Assembly: GCA_963727805.1 (NCBI GenBank)
Contig: CAVSHF010000003.1
Coordinates: 640,001 to 704,000, forward strand
Direction of reading: 5' to 3'
Source: an uncultured Nitrospiraceae bacterium
GTDB lineage: Bacteria > Nitrospirota > Thermodesulfovibrionia > Thermodesulfovibrionales > Dissulfurispiraceae
Length of the DNA stretch: 64,000 nt
Shown: positions 50,847 to 60,926 of the stretch, one piece after another
How positions within the stretch are numbered: position 1 is the stretch's first letter
Layout of the letters: each line of letters starts with the position of its first letter
Made by a program: the position numbers and the translations under genes
The notes under the pieces: model-generated
What the model saw: the letters and a program-made list of their open reading frames with translations, nothing else
Databases searched by the model: none
What the model was told of the DNA's origin: nothing

Positions 50847-51000
50847 AGAAATCTATTATTGAGGATATTTACCCATGTAATAATCTTCCCAGCGGCGAGC
50901 GGTTTGGTATATCGAAAGAAGAATGAAGGGAGGAAACCTATAATACCTCGGTAAATTCGAGCTTATGCCTAATTAATAAATATAAAGGGAGGTTTATTTT

Positions 51001-51567
51001 ATGAAGCGAAAACTGATTTTGTTGAGTTTCTTATTATGTGTAGCAATTGTCTCACAAGCCAATGCGAGTACCATCGTTACCTTTGATGATACTTACGCCA
51101 ATAGCATCTTGGATAACGGCCAACAATCGTTCTCCGATGGGGGGCTGACTTTCACCAATAAAGGGTCATTTTTGTATGTCTGGGATCCGAGCAGCCCTAA
51201 CAGCAACGGGACCAATAACTTGATCTTTGCGGGATTTGCATCAGGTGATTATATTGCTATTACGAAAACTGGTGGAGGCGCGTTCAATCTGAACAGCATT
51301 GATATGAGCATATCTTGGTATGATAATAACCCGAATGAGACTATTTTTATCAATGGTTCGCCAGTCGCCCTTATCCAAGGTATTCAAAATTACACCCTCA
51401 ACCTCCAGAATATCACGGAGGTGGATATCACAGGAGTTCCTAGCAACGGAGGTTACTGGCTAGCCGACAACGTGAATTACACAGCGGTTCCCGAACCCGC
51501 CACGCTATGGCTTCTGGGGCTTGGGTTATCTGGACTTATTTCGCTCAGGAAGAAGTTTTTTCGTTAA
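51001..51567 (+). CDS. PEP-CTERM sorting-domain protein
   Basis: GGGAGG RBS, signal peptide (..ANA) and a C-terminal AVPEPAT + TM + RKK. Confidence 0.93.
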   Translation: MKRKLILLSFLLCVAIVSQANASTIVTFDDTYANSILDNGQQSFSDGGLTFTNKGSFLYVWDPSSPNSNGTNNLIFAGFASGDYIAITKTGGGAFNLNSIDMSISWYDNNPNETIFINGSPVALIQGIQNYTLNLQNITEVDITGVPSNGGYWLADNVNYTAVPEPATLWLLGLGLSGLISLRKKFFR

Positions 51568-51590
51568 GAGCACCCAAATGTAGTTAAATC

Positions 51591-51634
51591 GAATAGGAGG
51601 CGGGTGTTTATTTTAGCCTGCTTCCTATTCTTTT
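51591..51634 (+). terminator. Terminator hairpin between convergent genes
   Basis: GAATAGGAGGCGGG...CCTGCTTCCTATTC followed by TTTT. Confidence 0.7.
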
Positions 51635-51773
51635 ATCTTGACTCGGACAGAATATTGTCAACAAAGACGCTGCTACTGGAGATCAAGTGCAACTGGAGAT
51701 TGACTGACCGTGGTTTATGTATGCTTAACTCCGACTTTGCTTTTTCGTCAATGCTGTAAGGGGTTTCAGAATT

Positions 51774-53081
51774 TTACTGCTTATCATCTGCGCTTTTCCC
51801 GTTAGCCGGCTCAGGGAAAATTAATCGTTCCCCGGTCTGGATCTTACCGTCTTTTCCGATCCGCTTATTCTGCTTTTTTACCAGTGCGATCAGCTCATTA
51901 GTACTTGTCCCATAGACCTCTCGAACCAGTGAGTATAGAGTGTCTCCCTTAGTAACAACTTTCTTAATTGGAAATTTACTCTTTGCAGGTATAGACTTAT
52001 CTTCTTCGGATTTTGACGTATTTTCTGCAGGCTTTGAGGTTTCCTTTTCAGCAGGCTGAGCAATTTCTATTTTCATTGGAGGCGGTTGAGTTGGCTCTGT
52101 AACGACTACAGTTTCGGGCTTAGTTTTCCTGGTTTCAGGGCTCTGGTAACTGAATAATTCGCGAGCTCTTGATAACACATGACCTTGATGCTGATATATC
52201 ACAGCGATGCCGCTTATGATCAAAGCTAATGAGATTGCGACCAGCAGCCACTTCAAAGGATTCATTTTTTTTGTCCCTTCAAAATCGGCGATTACTTCCC
52301 TTGCGGTGCGGGCAGTAATCTGCTTTTCCTGGTAGCCGAATCCCGTGACAAGAGCATTTCCACAGAGAACGCTGAGTATTCTGGGGATACCCCGGGCATG
52401 CCTGATAATGTGCCTGAGTGCTGATTTTGTGAAGATGTTGATGTCTTTTCGACCTGCCTTTGACAGTCGATACTGGATATATTCCACGCTCTCTCGACGG
52501 GAAAATGGTTTAATATGGGCACGCATGACAATACGCTGATTGAGCTGCCTTAGTTCCTTCAGCTGAAGTTTCTCTTCGAATTCTGGCTGACCGACAAGCA
52601 CTATCTGAATGAGCTTGTCCTTAGAGGTCTCAAGATTGGAGAGCATACGGAGATTTTCCAGTGTTTCTATCGGCAAATTCTGGGCCTCATCTATGATAAG
52701 TACGACCGTGTGACCCTGCTTGTATTCATCGATCAGCAAAAAGTGCAGCCGGTCCACCAGTTCAGACACATCACCCGTTTCAGGGACAACAATCTCAAGC
52801 TCCCGATAAATAGCCTGAAGAAGTCCTCCGAACGAGACATCCGGATTTAAGATGTATATTGCTTTCAATGCTTGTTTATCGGCTTGCTCCAGATAGGACC
52901 GGATTATGGTCGTCTTACCCAGACCGACCTCACCGAACATGGCAATGAACCCCTTGCGCTGCTGCACCCCATAGATTAGTACTGCCAAAGCCTCCTTGTG
53001 CATGGGACTTGCAAACAAGAATTCCGGATCTGGAGTGATGTGGAAAGGCTCTTTTTCTAGGTCATAAAATTTAAAATACAT
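51774..53081 (-). CDS. ExeA/GspA-like AAA ATPase with a TM segment and C-terminal LysM-like domain
   Basis: PFHITPDP, GEVGLGKT, IIDEAQ, LVGQPE and GIPR; TM helix; VTKGDTLYSL..YG..IQTGERLIFP. Confidence 0.88.
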   Translation of the reverse strand: MYFKFYDLEKEPFHITPDPEFLFASPMHKEALAVLIYGVQQRKGFIAMFGEVGLGKTTIIRSYLEQADKQALKAIYILNPDVSFGGLLQAIYRELEIVVPETGDVSELVDRLHFLLIDEYKQGHTVVLIIDEAQNLPIETLENLRMLSNLETSKDKLIQIVLVGQPEFEEKLQLKELRQLNQRIVMRAHIKPFSRRESVEYIQYRLSKAGRKDINIFTKSALRHIIRHARGIPRILSVLCGNALVTGFGYQEKQITARTAREVIADFEGTKKMNPLKWLLVAISLALIISGIAVIYQHQGHVLSRARELFSYQSPETRKTKPETVVVTEPTQPPPMKIEIAQPAEKETSKPAENTSKSEEDKSIPAKSKFPIKKVVTKGDTLYSLVREVYGTSTNELIALVKKQNKRIGKDGKIQTGERLIFPEPANGKSADDKQ

Positions 53082-53586
53082 TTTCCCCTCAGAATCTGAG
53101 TTGCAGCTTAAGTGTGCTCCACCTTTTCAAATATACTGATACATTATCTGAGTCTCAAGATTTGATACAGTGAGAATATCCAGTGCGCCAGTGCAACGTG
53201 CATACGAAATTATACCTTATTTGGGCCTTCGCAGACGAGTATATTTCAAAAGCCAATTGACTCACATAAGATGCTGCCTGGGGTGAGTGAATAATTATCA
53301 TCCACCTAATAAGCAGAAACGCCAAAGCGATGAGGGCAACGGGATCTATCACCAGTAATTGTGCCTCTAAGAATTAGAATATGTAAGCATAGGTTCTTGT
53401 TGCAGGCTGCACTCATTTGGAGTCAGATTTTCCAGCTAAGTATACTCCCTCCAATTGCTCGATAGGCGGACAGCAGGAAGCAATAACCGATTGGGAGTTC
53501 CCCCAAAAGGGTAATTTTGATTGATGGTTAATTTTTATGTGCGAAAAGATATAGAATGTGATATAGTTATATGGGGGTATGTGAGT

Positions 53587-54414
53587 ATGTTTCAGTATAA
53601 GACAGAATGGTCAAACGCAGAAAGGTTCCTTGGAAAAGCGCTGCATGCTGCTGTGGTGGCTAACGATATCACCAAAGTGAAAGAACTGCTAAAGAATCCA
53701 GAGCTTGATATGAGCTTTATCTGGGAGCCTTTGCCCTATGAATTGAAAGAGAAACCTGAAAAAGAAATCCTGCTTTTAGTTAGACAGGCACCCGTGCTAT
53801 TCAAGACAAAAAGCATTGAGGTTTTTCGGGAGTTGCTGAAACACCCGAATGCCTTTAGAAGTTCAGGTGAGGATGTTCATTCAAGTTTCTATACGGATCA
53901 GAATGGCGACACTATATTTCATGCAGAAATCCAACGGCCGGCAAACAGAGGGATTGGCAGGTTTAAAGAGCTTCTAAATGTCTATCCCGAAGCGTATGCG
54001 GTAGAGAACAATATGGCTGTGCCGGTATACCAGAAGGTGATCAGCAATGACCGTCTTGACCTGCTAGAAGAGATGCTTAAACGCAACATGGCACAAATTA
54101 TGGGTAATGACATATTATGGGCAATTGTGACCTTTGCACCGCGTGAACCCGATAAGATGGAAATGACCAACAAGATGCTCGACCTTTTAGTGAAGCACAA
54201 CTGGGATATCAATGCCAAAGACTCCAGGGACGGGACGCCGCTGCACTGGGCTGCCCGGATGGGCAATGAGGCGATGATTGAAATCCTGTTAGCCCGTGGA
54301 GTAGACAGCCAAAGAAAGGACAGCCGAGGCTTGACCTACGCAGAGGAATTGACGATACAGCGCGGCGAGGGATATAGCGCATCAAAATTACCCTCAGATG
54401 TATCACTTTCCTGA
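53587..54414 (+). CDS. Ankyrin-repeat protein
   Basis: ALHAAV..VKELLK, NGDTIFH and DINAKDSRDGTPLHWAARMGNEAMIEILLARG; start codon uncertain. Confidence 0.8.
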   Translation: MFQYKTEWSNAERFLGKALHAAVVANDITKVKELLKNPELDMSFIWEPLPYELKEKPEKEILLLVRQAPVLFKTKSIEVFRELLKHPNAFRSSGEDVHSSFYTDQNGDTIFHAEIQRPANRGIGRFKELLNVYPEAYAVENNMAVPVYQKVISNDRLDLLEEMLKRNMAQIMGNDILWAIVTFAPREPDKMEMTNKMLDLLVKHNWDINAKDSRDGTPLHWAARMGNEAMIEILLARGVDSQRKDSRGLTYAEELTIQRGEGYSASKLPSDVSLS

Positions 54415-54478
54415 AAAGTCTGCTATTTATAGTCAGACTTGCTGCATTTCTTCCCTATAACATCCATTGAGAGCGACC

Positions 54479-54864
54479 GTGTCAAGAGAAAAAAGTATGC
54501 CGACAGTCTTTTATTCCTAAGACCGTATATCATTAGAAGTCCTTTGACATGAATAATCTGTCTCGTCTTTCTGAAAACGATGCAGAACCATTATCTGCAT
54601 CAAACATCCATACGGGCTCTGTGGGATTACTCCCTTGCAGGGCAATGAAGCTTGCTCTGCGGCACCAGAAAGTTATCGGTTCCTGACCAGCCTCATTCAG
54701 CAAATGCAGTCGATGTCTGCACAGGGCAGCATCAGTTATCGTGGAGCTACCGGCCAGGGCAGACAATGTCAAAACACCTCCATTTTTTTAAAGACAGATG
54801 GCGGCTACCAATCAAACACTCGGGCTTATGAGCCCACTTATCAGGCGGGTATTACCGCCACCCA
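54479..54864 (-). ncRNA. Putative bridge/seek RNA region of the IS1111-type element
   Basis: Long 3' non-coding region containing 7-nt matches to the target flank (54813-54819) and to the element end (54605-54611). RNA boundaries are unknown. Confidence 0.6.
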
Positions 54865-55890
54865 TCAGCCGAAAAGCTTTGCCTCGTCAAAAGGGACCCC
54901 TTCCTTCAACATATGAAACGTAGCGTTGGCTATTTTGTGAGCCAGAATGCAGTTGGCCACCATCGTAGCCGCACTGCCCTTCCTTCTGTTGGCATGTTTG
55001 TCCCTGAACTTTCTGAGCTTCGGATAATACCTGACCGCAATATTGGCGGCTTGGGTAAATGCAAACTTCAAATAATGATTCCCCTGCTTCTTTCCCTTCC
55101 CTCTCTTTACTGTGTCGGAGGACTGAGATACACCCGGCACCAAACGACAATAGGATGCAAACTGCCTGACATCTCTGAATCTGCTGATGTCTCCTATCTC
55201 GTAATAGATCGTCAATCCAAGCACGTACATTACGCCGGGCAACGTTAACAGAAGCTTGAATCTGGGATCTTCTAACGTGATGTCTTTTAACCCAGTATCG
55301 AGCTTGTCAATCTGGTTGGATAGCAGGTCGATTCTCTCCAGTATCATGACGCAGTAATCCTTCACTTGCTGAGGGATCGGCATAATATGAAGATCTGCAG
55401 GTAAGAGCTTCTTCAACTCGCTACCGCTCATGGTGTTCAGGTTATACTTTATGAACTGTACCCTCAAGCTCGAATAGCATTCGGCACGCTCATGAACAAG
55501 GCCTGCCCTTCTCCTTAAGAGGTCTCTCAATGGTCTTTTCTCCTTGGGATAAATATACGCCTCCGGGAGTTCACCCATCCTGAGAAGTTTTGCCAACTTA
55601 AATGCGTCTCTTCTGTCAGTCTTTACCTTCGCCCCTGTTATCATGTACAGACCCAATGTATGTGCAAGCCTTACGTCATAGCCCTTGTCCTTAAGTCCAT
55701 CCACAATCCAATACCAATTTATGGTGCATTCAATCGCAATATGTACATCCCTACCGAAGGGTTCTAGAAATTCAAAAATGACCGAAAGATCATTGTTGAG
55801 ATTACCCTCCTTTACCTTTTTCCCGTCCTTGTCAATAATCCAGAGTTGGGATTTCTTGGTATGCAAATCGATTCCACAGTAAAATGTCAT
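54865..55890 (-). CDS. IS110-family DEDD transposase/recombinase
   Basis: MTFYCGIDLH, IECT, KTDRRDA, LPGV, LVPGVSQSS and GNHYLK; ATG at 55890 follows AAGGAGG. Confidence 0.95.
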   Translation of the reverse strand: MTFYCGIDLHTKKSQLWIIDKDGKKVKEGNLNNDLSVIFEFLEPFGRDVHIAIECTINWYWIVDGLKDKGYDVRLAHTLGLYMITGAKVKTDRRDAFKLAKLLRMGELPEAYIYPKEKRPLRDLLRRRAGLVHERAECYSSLRVQFIKYNLNTMSGSELKKLLPADLHIMPIPQQVKDYCVMILERIDLLSNQIDKLDTGLKDITLEDPRFKLLLTLPGVMYVLGLTIYYEIGDISRFRDVRQFASYCRLVPGVSQSSDTVKRGKGKKQGNHYLKFAFTQAANIAVRYYPKLRKFRDKHANRRKGSAATMVANCILAHKIANATFHMLKEGVPFDEAKLFG

Positions 55891-56133
55891 AGCGGCCTCC
55901 TTCCAGTTTTTGAATGCAATACAATTATCACATCCAACGGAGGTCGCTCTCAATAATTATCAAACACCGTCAATTCTTCGCAGAGGGCGTTTCTTTTTCT
56001 TGGTATTCAACAAAAATCATGCTTTGCAATATTGCGTCTTTCGTGTAGTAATATGCACATCCGTCAAGTGAAATAATTCGCACCCCCGAACAATAGACCC
56101 AGCGCTGGTTATCCCAGTCTCTGAGAGATGAGA

Positions 56134-56167
56134 AAGGCTAAGTCTCCCTGATAGGAGACTTAGCCTT
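56134..56167 (-). terminator. Terminator hairpin downstream of the S53 protease gene
   Basis: Perfect 14-bp stem AAGGCTAAGTCTCC / GGAGACTTAGCCTT. Confidence 0.78.
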
Positions 56168-56177
56168 GATACTATTT

Positions 56178-59100
56178 TTACTTTGTGACTACTGATATAT
56201 CACCGGCCGTACCGTAGGTTATGCAGGCCTCTTTCGTGGGATCCGCAGGCGCTCCGCAGCCAGCCCATGTTCCCGTGGCAAGGTATGCGCCAGAATAGTC
56301 AAGATACCACGTCCCATTTCTGAATACTCCAATCTTGATTTTTCCGTCACCATTCCAGTCGCCGACAACGGGGATATCACCGGCCGTACCGTAAGTTATG
56401 CAGGCCTCTTTCGTAGGATCCGCAGGCGCTCCGCAGCCAGCCCATGTTCCCGTGGCAAGGTATGCGCCAGAATAGTCAAGATACCACGTCCCGCTTCTGA
56501 AGACTCCGATCTTGGACTGGCCGTCTACACTGCTGTTCCAGTTGCCCACAACGGGGATATCGCCGGCCGTACCGTAGGTTATGCAGGCCTCTTTCGTGGG
56601 GTCCGCAGGCGCTCCGCAGCCAGCCCACGTTCCCGTGGCAAGGTACGCGCCAGAATAGTCAAGATACCACGTCCCGCTTCTGAAGACGCCGATCTTCGAC
56701 TGGCCATCTACACTGCTGTTCCAGTTGCCCGCAACGGGGATATCGCCGGCCGTACCGTAGGTTATGCAGGCCTCTTTCGTGGGATCCGCAGGCGCTCCGC
56801 AGCCAGCCCACGTTCCCGTGGCAAGGTATGCGCCAGAATAGTCAAGATACCACGTCCCGCTTCTGAAGACGCCGATCTTCGACTGGCCATCTACACTGCT
56901 GTTCCAGTTGCCCGCAATGGGGACATCGCCGGCCGTACCGTAGGTTATGCAGGCCTCTTTCGTGGGATCCGCAGGCGCTCCGCAGCCAGCCCACGTTCCC
57001 GTGGCAAGGTATGCGCCAGAATAGTCAAGATACCACGTCCCGTTTCTGAATACTCCGATCTTATCGTGGTCGTTCGTAGTAAACTGAACATCAGCCCCAT
57101 ATGTTGTTGTCACTGAGTTTGTCGCATAGGCTCTTATATGATACAGTTGATTTGGGGTCAGGTTTGTCAGGGGACTGACAAATGTCCCTAAGCCTGTTCC
57201 GTTATTTGTGCAGTTTCCCCCTAAGGCAGGATTAGCCGTGGTAGCCCAACAGACCCCCCTGGCCGTGACCGTTGCACCTCCATCCGCAGTCACAGTACCG
57301 CCTGAAGTTGCCGTTGTGGAAGTTATCGCAGTGACCGCTGTCGTGGTGACCGTTGGTGCGATCGCCAAGGCCGTAAACTGGACGTCTGCACCATAACCGG
57401 TAGCCAAAGCTGAGTTTGTCGCATACGCTCTTACATGATAAGTCTGCCCTGGGGCGAGGCCCGTGATGGTGCTGACAAATGGGGTGGCTGTTCCATTGTC
57501 GGTGCAGGTGCCCCCGACCGCAGGATTAGCCGTGGCAGCCCAGCAGACTCCCTCGTGGGTGACCGGCGCTCCTCCATTGGCAGTCACAGTGCCACCTGAA
57601 GTTGCCGTTGTGGAGGTTATCGCAGTGACCGCTGTCGTGGTGACCGTTGGTGCGATCGCCAAGGCCGTAAACTGGACGTCTGCACCATAACCGGTAGCCA
57701 AAGCTGAGTTTGTCGCATACGCTCTTACATGATAAGTCTGCCCTGGGGCGAGGCCCGTGATGGTGCTGACAAATGGGGTGGCTGTTCCATTGTCGGTGCA
57801 GGTGCCCCCGACCGCAGGATTAGCCGTGGCAGCCCAGCAGACTCCCTCGTGGGTGACCGGCGCTCCTCCATTGGCAGTCACAGTGCCACCTGAAGTTGCC
57901 GTTGTGGAGGTTATCGCAGTGACCGCTGTCGTGGTGACCGTTGGTGCGATCGCCAAAGCCGTAAACTGGACGTCTGCACCATAACCGGTAGCCAAAGCTG
58001 AGTTTGTCGCATACGCTCTTACATGATAAGTCTGCCCTGGGGTGAGGCCCGTGATGGAGCTGACAAATGGGGTGGCTGTTCCATTGTCGGTGCAGGTGCC
58101 CCCGACCGCAGGATTCGCCGTGGTAGCCCAGCAGACTCCCTCGTGGGTGACCGGCGCTCCTCCATTGGCAGTCACAGTGCCACCTGAAGTTGCCGTTGTG
58201 GAAGTTATCGCAGTGACCGCTGTCGTGGTGACCGTTGGTGCGATCGCCAAAGCCGTAAACTGGACGTCTGCACCATAACCGGTAGCCAAAGCTGAGTTTG
58301 TCGCATACGCTCTTACATGATAAGTCTGCCCTGGTGTGAGGCCCGTGATGGAGCTGACATATGGGGTGGCTGTTCCATTGTCGGTGCAGGTGCCCCCGAT
58401 CGCAGGATTAGCCGTGGTAGCCCAGCAGACTCCCTCGTGGGTGACCGGCGCTCCTCCATTGGCAGTCACAGTGCCACCTGAAGTTGCCGTTGTGGAGGTT
58501 ATCGCAGTGACCGCTGTCGTGGTGACCGTTGGTGCGATCGCCAAAGCCGTAAACTGGACGTCTGCACCATAACCGGTAGCCAAAGCTGAGTTTGTCGCAT
58601 ACGCTCTTACATGATAAGTCTGCCCTGGGGTGAGGCCCGTGATGGAGCTGACAAATGGGGTGGCTGTTCCATTGTCGGTGCAGGTGCCCCCGACCGCAGG
58701 ATTCGCCGTGGTAGCCCAGCAGACTCCCTCGTGGGTGACCGGCGCTCCTCCATTGGCAGTCACAGTGCCACCTGAAGTTGCCGTTGTGGAAGTTATCGCA
58801 GTGACCGCTGTCGTGGTGACCGTTGGTGCGATCGCCAAAGCCGTAAACTGGACGTCTGCACCATAACCGGTAGCCAAAGCTGAGTTTGTCGCATACGCTC
58901 TTACATGATAAGTCTGCCCTGGGGTGAGGCCCGTGATGGAGCTGACAAATGGGGTGGCTGTTCCATTGTCGGTGCAGGTGCCCCCGATCGCAGGATTCGC
59001 CGTGGTAGCCCAGCAGACTCCCTCGTGGGTGACCGGCGCTCCTCCATTGGCAGTCACAGTGCCGCCTGAAGTTGCCGTTGTGGAGGTTATCTCAGTGACC

Positions 59101-60926
59101 GCTGTCGTGGTGACTACCGGTACCAATTGCGGTGTCCAGTTGGTGACGAGTGCGTTTGCATCTACCGAACCGAGGCCTGTGCAGAGGTCATAGCCTGTTG
59201 TACTAGAGTAGCCCGTAACGCCGGGAACACTGTTATTCCCTGAAGTGGTGTCGTGGAACACCGCTGCTCCACCGGCACCGTACTGGGCACTGCCTAGTTG
59301 GTAGAGACGTGTGTTGGCGTTTCCCTGACGCTGGCCAGTCTTCTGGACGATCAGTGCCATGAGGCCGGCGAATGAGGGGGAGGAGGCCGAAGTTCCGCCG
59401 ACTACATAGAGGACCCCCTGCGACTCCACCAGATAGCCATCGTGACCTGCTGCGGTGAGAGAGACGTCAGGTATGTCGCGTTTGCCGTCAGCCGGCACGC
59501 CTGGCGCAACCTGCCACGAAGGCTTGCTGTAAATCGAAGAGGCGCCACCGCTAGTAGACCAAAGGTCGGAGCCGCCGGCAACAGTACCGCTCTCGTTCCA
59601 AGCCACTTCAGGGATGTAACTTATGACGGAGGTATACCCGGAGTTGACGGTGTTCCAGTAACTACCCGAACCTTCTTTGAACTCGGTTCCCCCCACAGCA
59701 ACGTTGTAAGGAGTTGAAGCAAGCCCGTTGACCCCAAGCCCCGTGCCGACGGAGGCGTTGCCAGCGTCGCAGCCCGCAGCCCCCGAGTCACCCGTGGAGA
59801 CGAATGGCATAATGCCCTGCGAAGCGGCTTGCGCCCAGAGGTTATTGACGAATGCATTAGCTGCACCCAGTTGCGACTCACACTCACCGAAGCTGGTGCT
59901 CATCACTGGCGCCAGGTTATTGTTGACAATGTACTGCGCTGACAAAAAAATGCCATCCGTAGTAAAGGTGGTCGCGGATGTCACAAAATAAACAGTTGCG
60001 TTTTTTGCTACCGCGCCCGACCACTCGACGTCAAGATCAGCTTCAATGTCCTCGTCACCGCCGAGGTCCCCCGGATCGGTTCCGTTTACTATTACTACCG
60101 GAGGATTTGCAGGGAGTCCCATTAAACTGCGAAAGGTTGCCCAGTTAGTACTTGAGGGATGGGTTCGTCCGACAATGGCAATGGATTGTCCCGTACCATT
60201 AATTCCTGCGGTATACAGTGCATTGATATTGTAGATAATTGAAAAATCGCCGGGAGACATGTAATGGGTGCTGCCAGAAGTGTAATTGGGCTGCAAATTC
60301 ACCTCCGGCAGGGGCCTAATGCCGGTGTTCATTGCCTTCAGCGGGAAGTCGTTTAAAGATACTGGGCCCGCCACAAGATTAATTAATGCACGAGGGATCG
60401 ACGGTTCACTGGAGTTGGCTTGGTGCCTCTTGTTATTAATGAAGTACTTATGGATCTTAGTCTGGAATGCTTGTTCAACGTTGGCTACTGTGCCGGAAAA
60501 GTTGATCCAGGTGTGCCCTTTAGCCACTTCCTCAACTGCGAAACCCTGTGAGGTCAGCCACTGGGTTATCGTATTGATATCTTCATCAGTTGGACCAAAC
60601 CGTTGGCCGAATTCCTCCGGAGTGAGCCATCGGTGGAAGTTAGGAGAAGCCGGATCCTGCTGTTCGGAAAGGAGTCCTTCCAACTCAGCCTGCTTGTCGG
60701 GTGCTAGTCGCAAAGCGAGGATCATCCGCTCCATCGGCGCAGAGGGATCTGCCGCTCCCATGTCAAACTCGGGCCGGGCAAGAGGATGCACATTGCCATT
60801 CAACACGACCTTATCAGACATGGCTTGCTCAAGTGGTTTGTCAACAGCCATTGAAGCAGTATAAGCTGCAAGCTGTAAACAAAAAACTAACAAAAGCCCT
60901 GCCAACCACTTAAGAGAGTTTTTCAT
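56178..60926 (-). CDS. Large secreted S53 (sedolisin/kumamolisin) protease: prodomain + catalytic domain + 7 FN3-like repeats + 5 C-terminal repeats
   Basis: Signal peptide from MKNSLKW; prodomain (WLTPEEFGQRFG); catalytic EADLD, STGDSG and GGTSASSP; GYDLCTGLGS. Confidence 0.92.
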   Translation of the reverse strand: MKNSLKWLAGLLLVFCLQLAAYTASMAVDKPLEQAMSDKVVLNGNVHPLARPEFDMGAADPSAPMERMILALRLAPDKQAELEGLLSEQQDPASPNFHRWLTPEEFGQRFGPTDEDINTITQWLTSQGFAVEEVAKGHTWINFSGTVANVEQAFQTKIHKYFINNKRHQANSSEPSIPRALINLVAGPVSLNDFPLKAMNTGIRPLPEVNLQPNYTSGSTHYMSPGDFSIIYNINALYTAGINGTGQSIAIVGRTHPSSTNWATFRSLMGLPANPPVVIVNGTDPGDLGGDEDIEADLDVEWSGAVAKNATVYFVTSATTFTTDGIFLSAQYIVNNNLAPVMSTSFGECESQLGAANAFVNNLWAQAASQGIMPFVSTGDSGAAGCDAGNASVGTGLGVNGLASTPYNVAVGGTEFKEGSGSYWNTVNSGYTSVISYIPEVAWNESGTVAGGSDLWSTSGGASSIYSKPSWQVAPGVPADGKRDIPDVSLTAAGHDGYLVESQGVLYVVGGTSASSPSFAGLMALIVQKTGQRQGNANTRLYQLGSAQYGAGGAAVFHDTTSGNNSVPGVTGYSSTTGYDLCTGLGSVDANALVTNWTPQLVPVVTTTAVTEITSTTATSGGTVTANGGAPVTHEGVCWATTANPAIGGTCTDNGTATPFVSSITGLTPGQTYHVRAYATNSALATGYGADVQFTALAIAPTVTTTAVTAITSTTATSGGTVTANGGAPVTHEGVCWATTANPAVGGTCTDNGTATPFVSSITGLTPGQTYHVRAYATNSALATGYGADVQFTALAIAPTVTTTAVTAITSTTATSGGTVTANGGAPVTHEGVCWATTANPAIGGTCTDNGTATPYVSSITGLTPGQTYHVRAYATNSALATGYGADVQFTALAIAPTVTTTAVTAITSTTATSGGTVTANGGAPVTHEGVCWATTANPAVGGTCTDNGTATPFVSSITGLTPGQTYHVRAYATNSALATGYGADVQFTALAIAPTVTTTAVTAITSTTATSGGTVTANGGAPVTHEGVCWAATANPAVGGTCTDNGTATPFVSTITGLAPGQTYHVRAYATNSALATGYGADVQFTALAIAPTVTTTAVTAITSTTATSGGTVTANGGAPVTHEGVCWAATANPAVGGTCTDNGTATPFVSTITGLAPGQTYHVRAYATNSALATGYGADVQFTALAIAPTVTTTAVTAITSTTATSGGTVTADGGATVTARGVCWATTANPALGGNCTNNGTGLGTFVSPLTNLTPNQLYHIRAYATNSVTTTYGADVQFTTNDHDKIGVFRNGTWYLDYSGAYLATGTWAGCGAPADPTKEACITYGTAGDVPIAGNWNSSVDGQSKIGVFRSGTWYLDYSGAYLATGTWAGCGAPADPTKEACITYGTAGDIPVAGNWNSSVDGQSKIGVFRSGTWYLDYSGAYLATGTWAGCGAPADPTKEACITYGTAGDIPVVGNWNSSVDGQSKIGVFRSGTWYLDYSGAYLATGTWAGCGAPADPTKEACITYGTAGDIPVVGDWNGDGKIKIGVFRNGTWYLDYSGAYLATGTWAGCGAPADPTKEACITYGTAGDISVVTK
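56181..57063 (-). repeat. Five near-identical intragenic repeats of 183 bp (61 aa; one unit 177 bp, the last truncated)
   Basis: KIGVFR(S/N)GTWYLDYSGAYLATGTWAGCGAPADPTKEACITYGTAGD repeated five times. Confidence 0.95.
57075..59120 (-). repeat. Seven tandem intragenic repeats of 294 bp (98 aa, FN3-like); six near-identical and one diverged
   Basis: PTVTTTAVTAITSTTATSGG..GVCW..LTPGQTYHVRAYATNS..YG units recur with 294-bp periodicity. Confidence 0.95.

Larger units (their letters stand above)
54463..55962 (-). mobile_element. IS110-family element, IS1111 group, apparently intact
   Basis: Perfect 13-bp subterminal inverted repeats ATTGAGAGCGACC (54466-54478 and 55942-55954). A CA dinucleotide sits at both boundaries (54461-62 and 55961-62). 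A ~390-bp non-coding region lies downstream of the transposase. Confidence 0.87.

Noticed and set aside
56181..59120. Protease repeats as DGR template/variable repeats or CRISPR
   Set aside because: They are in-frame coding tandem repeats, and their differences are not restricted to adenines.
57208..59193. Series of + strand 62-89 aa ORFs
   Set aside because: They are antisense shadows of the 294-bp coding repeats.
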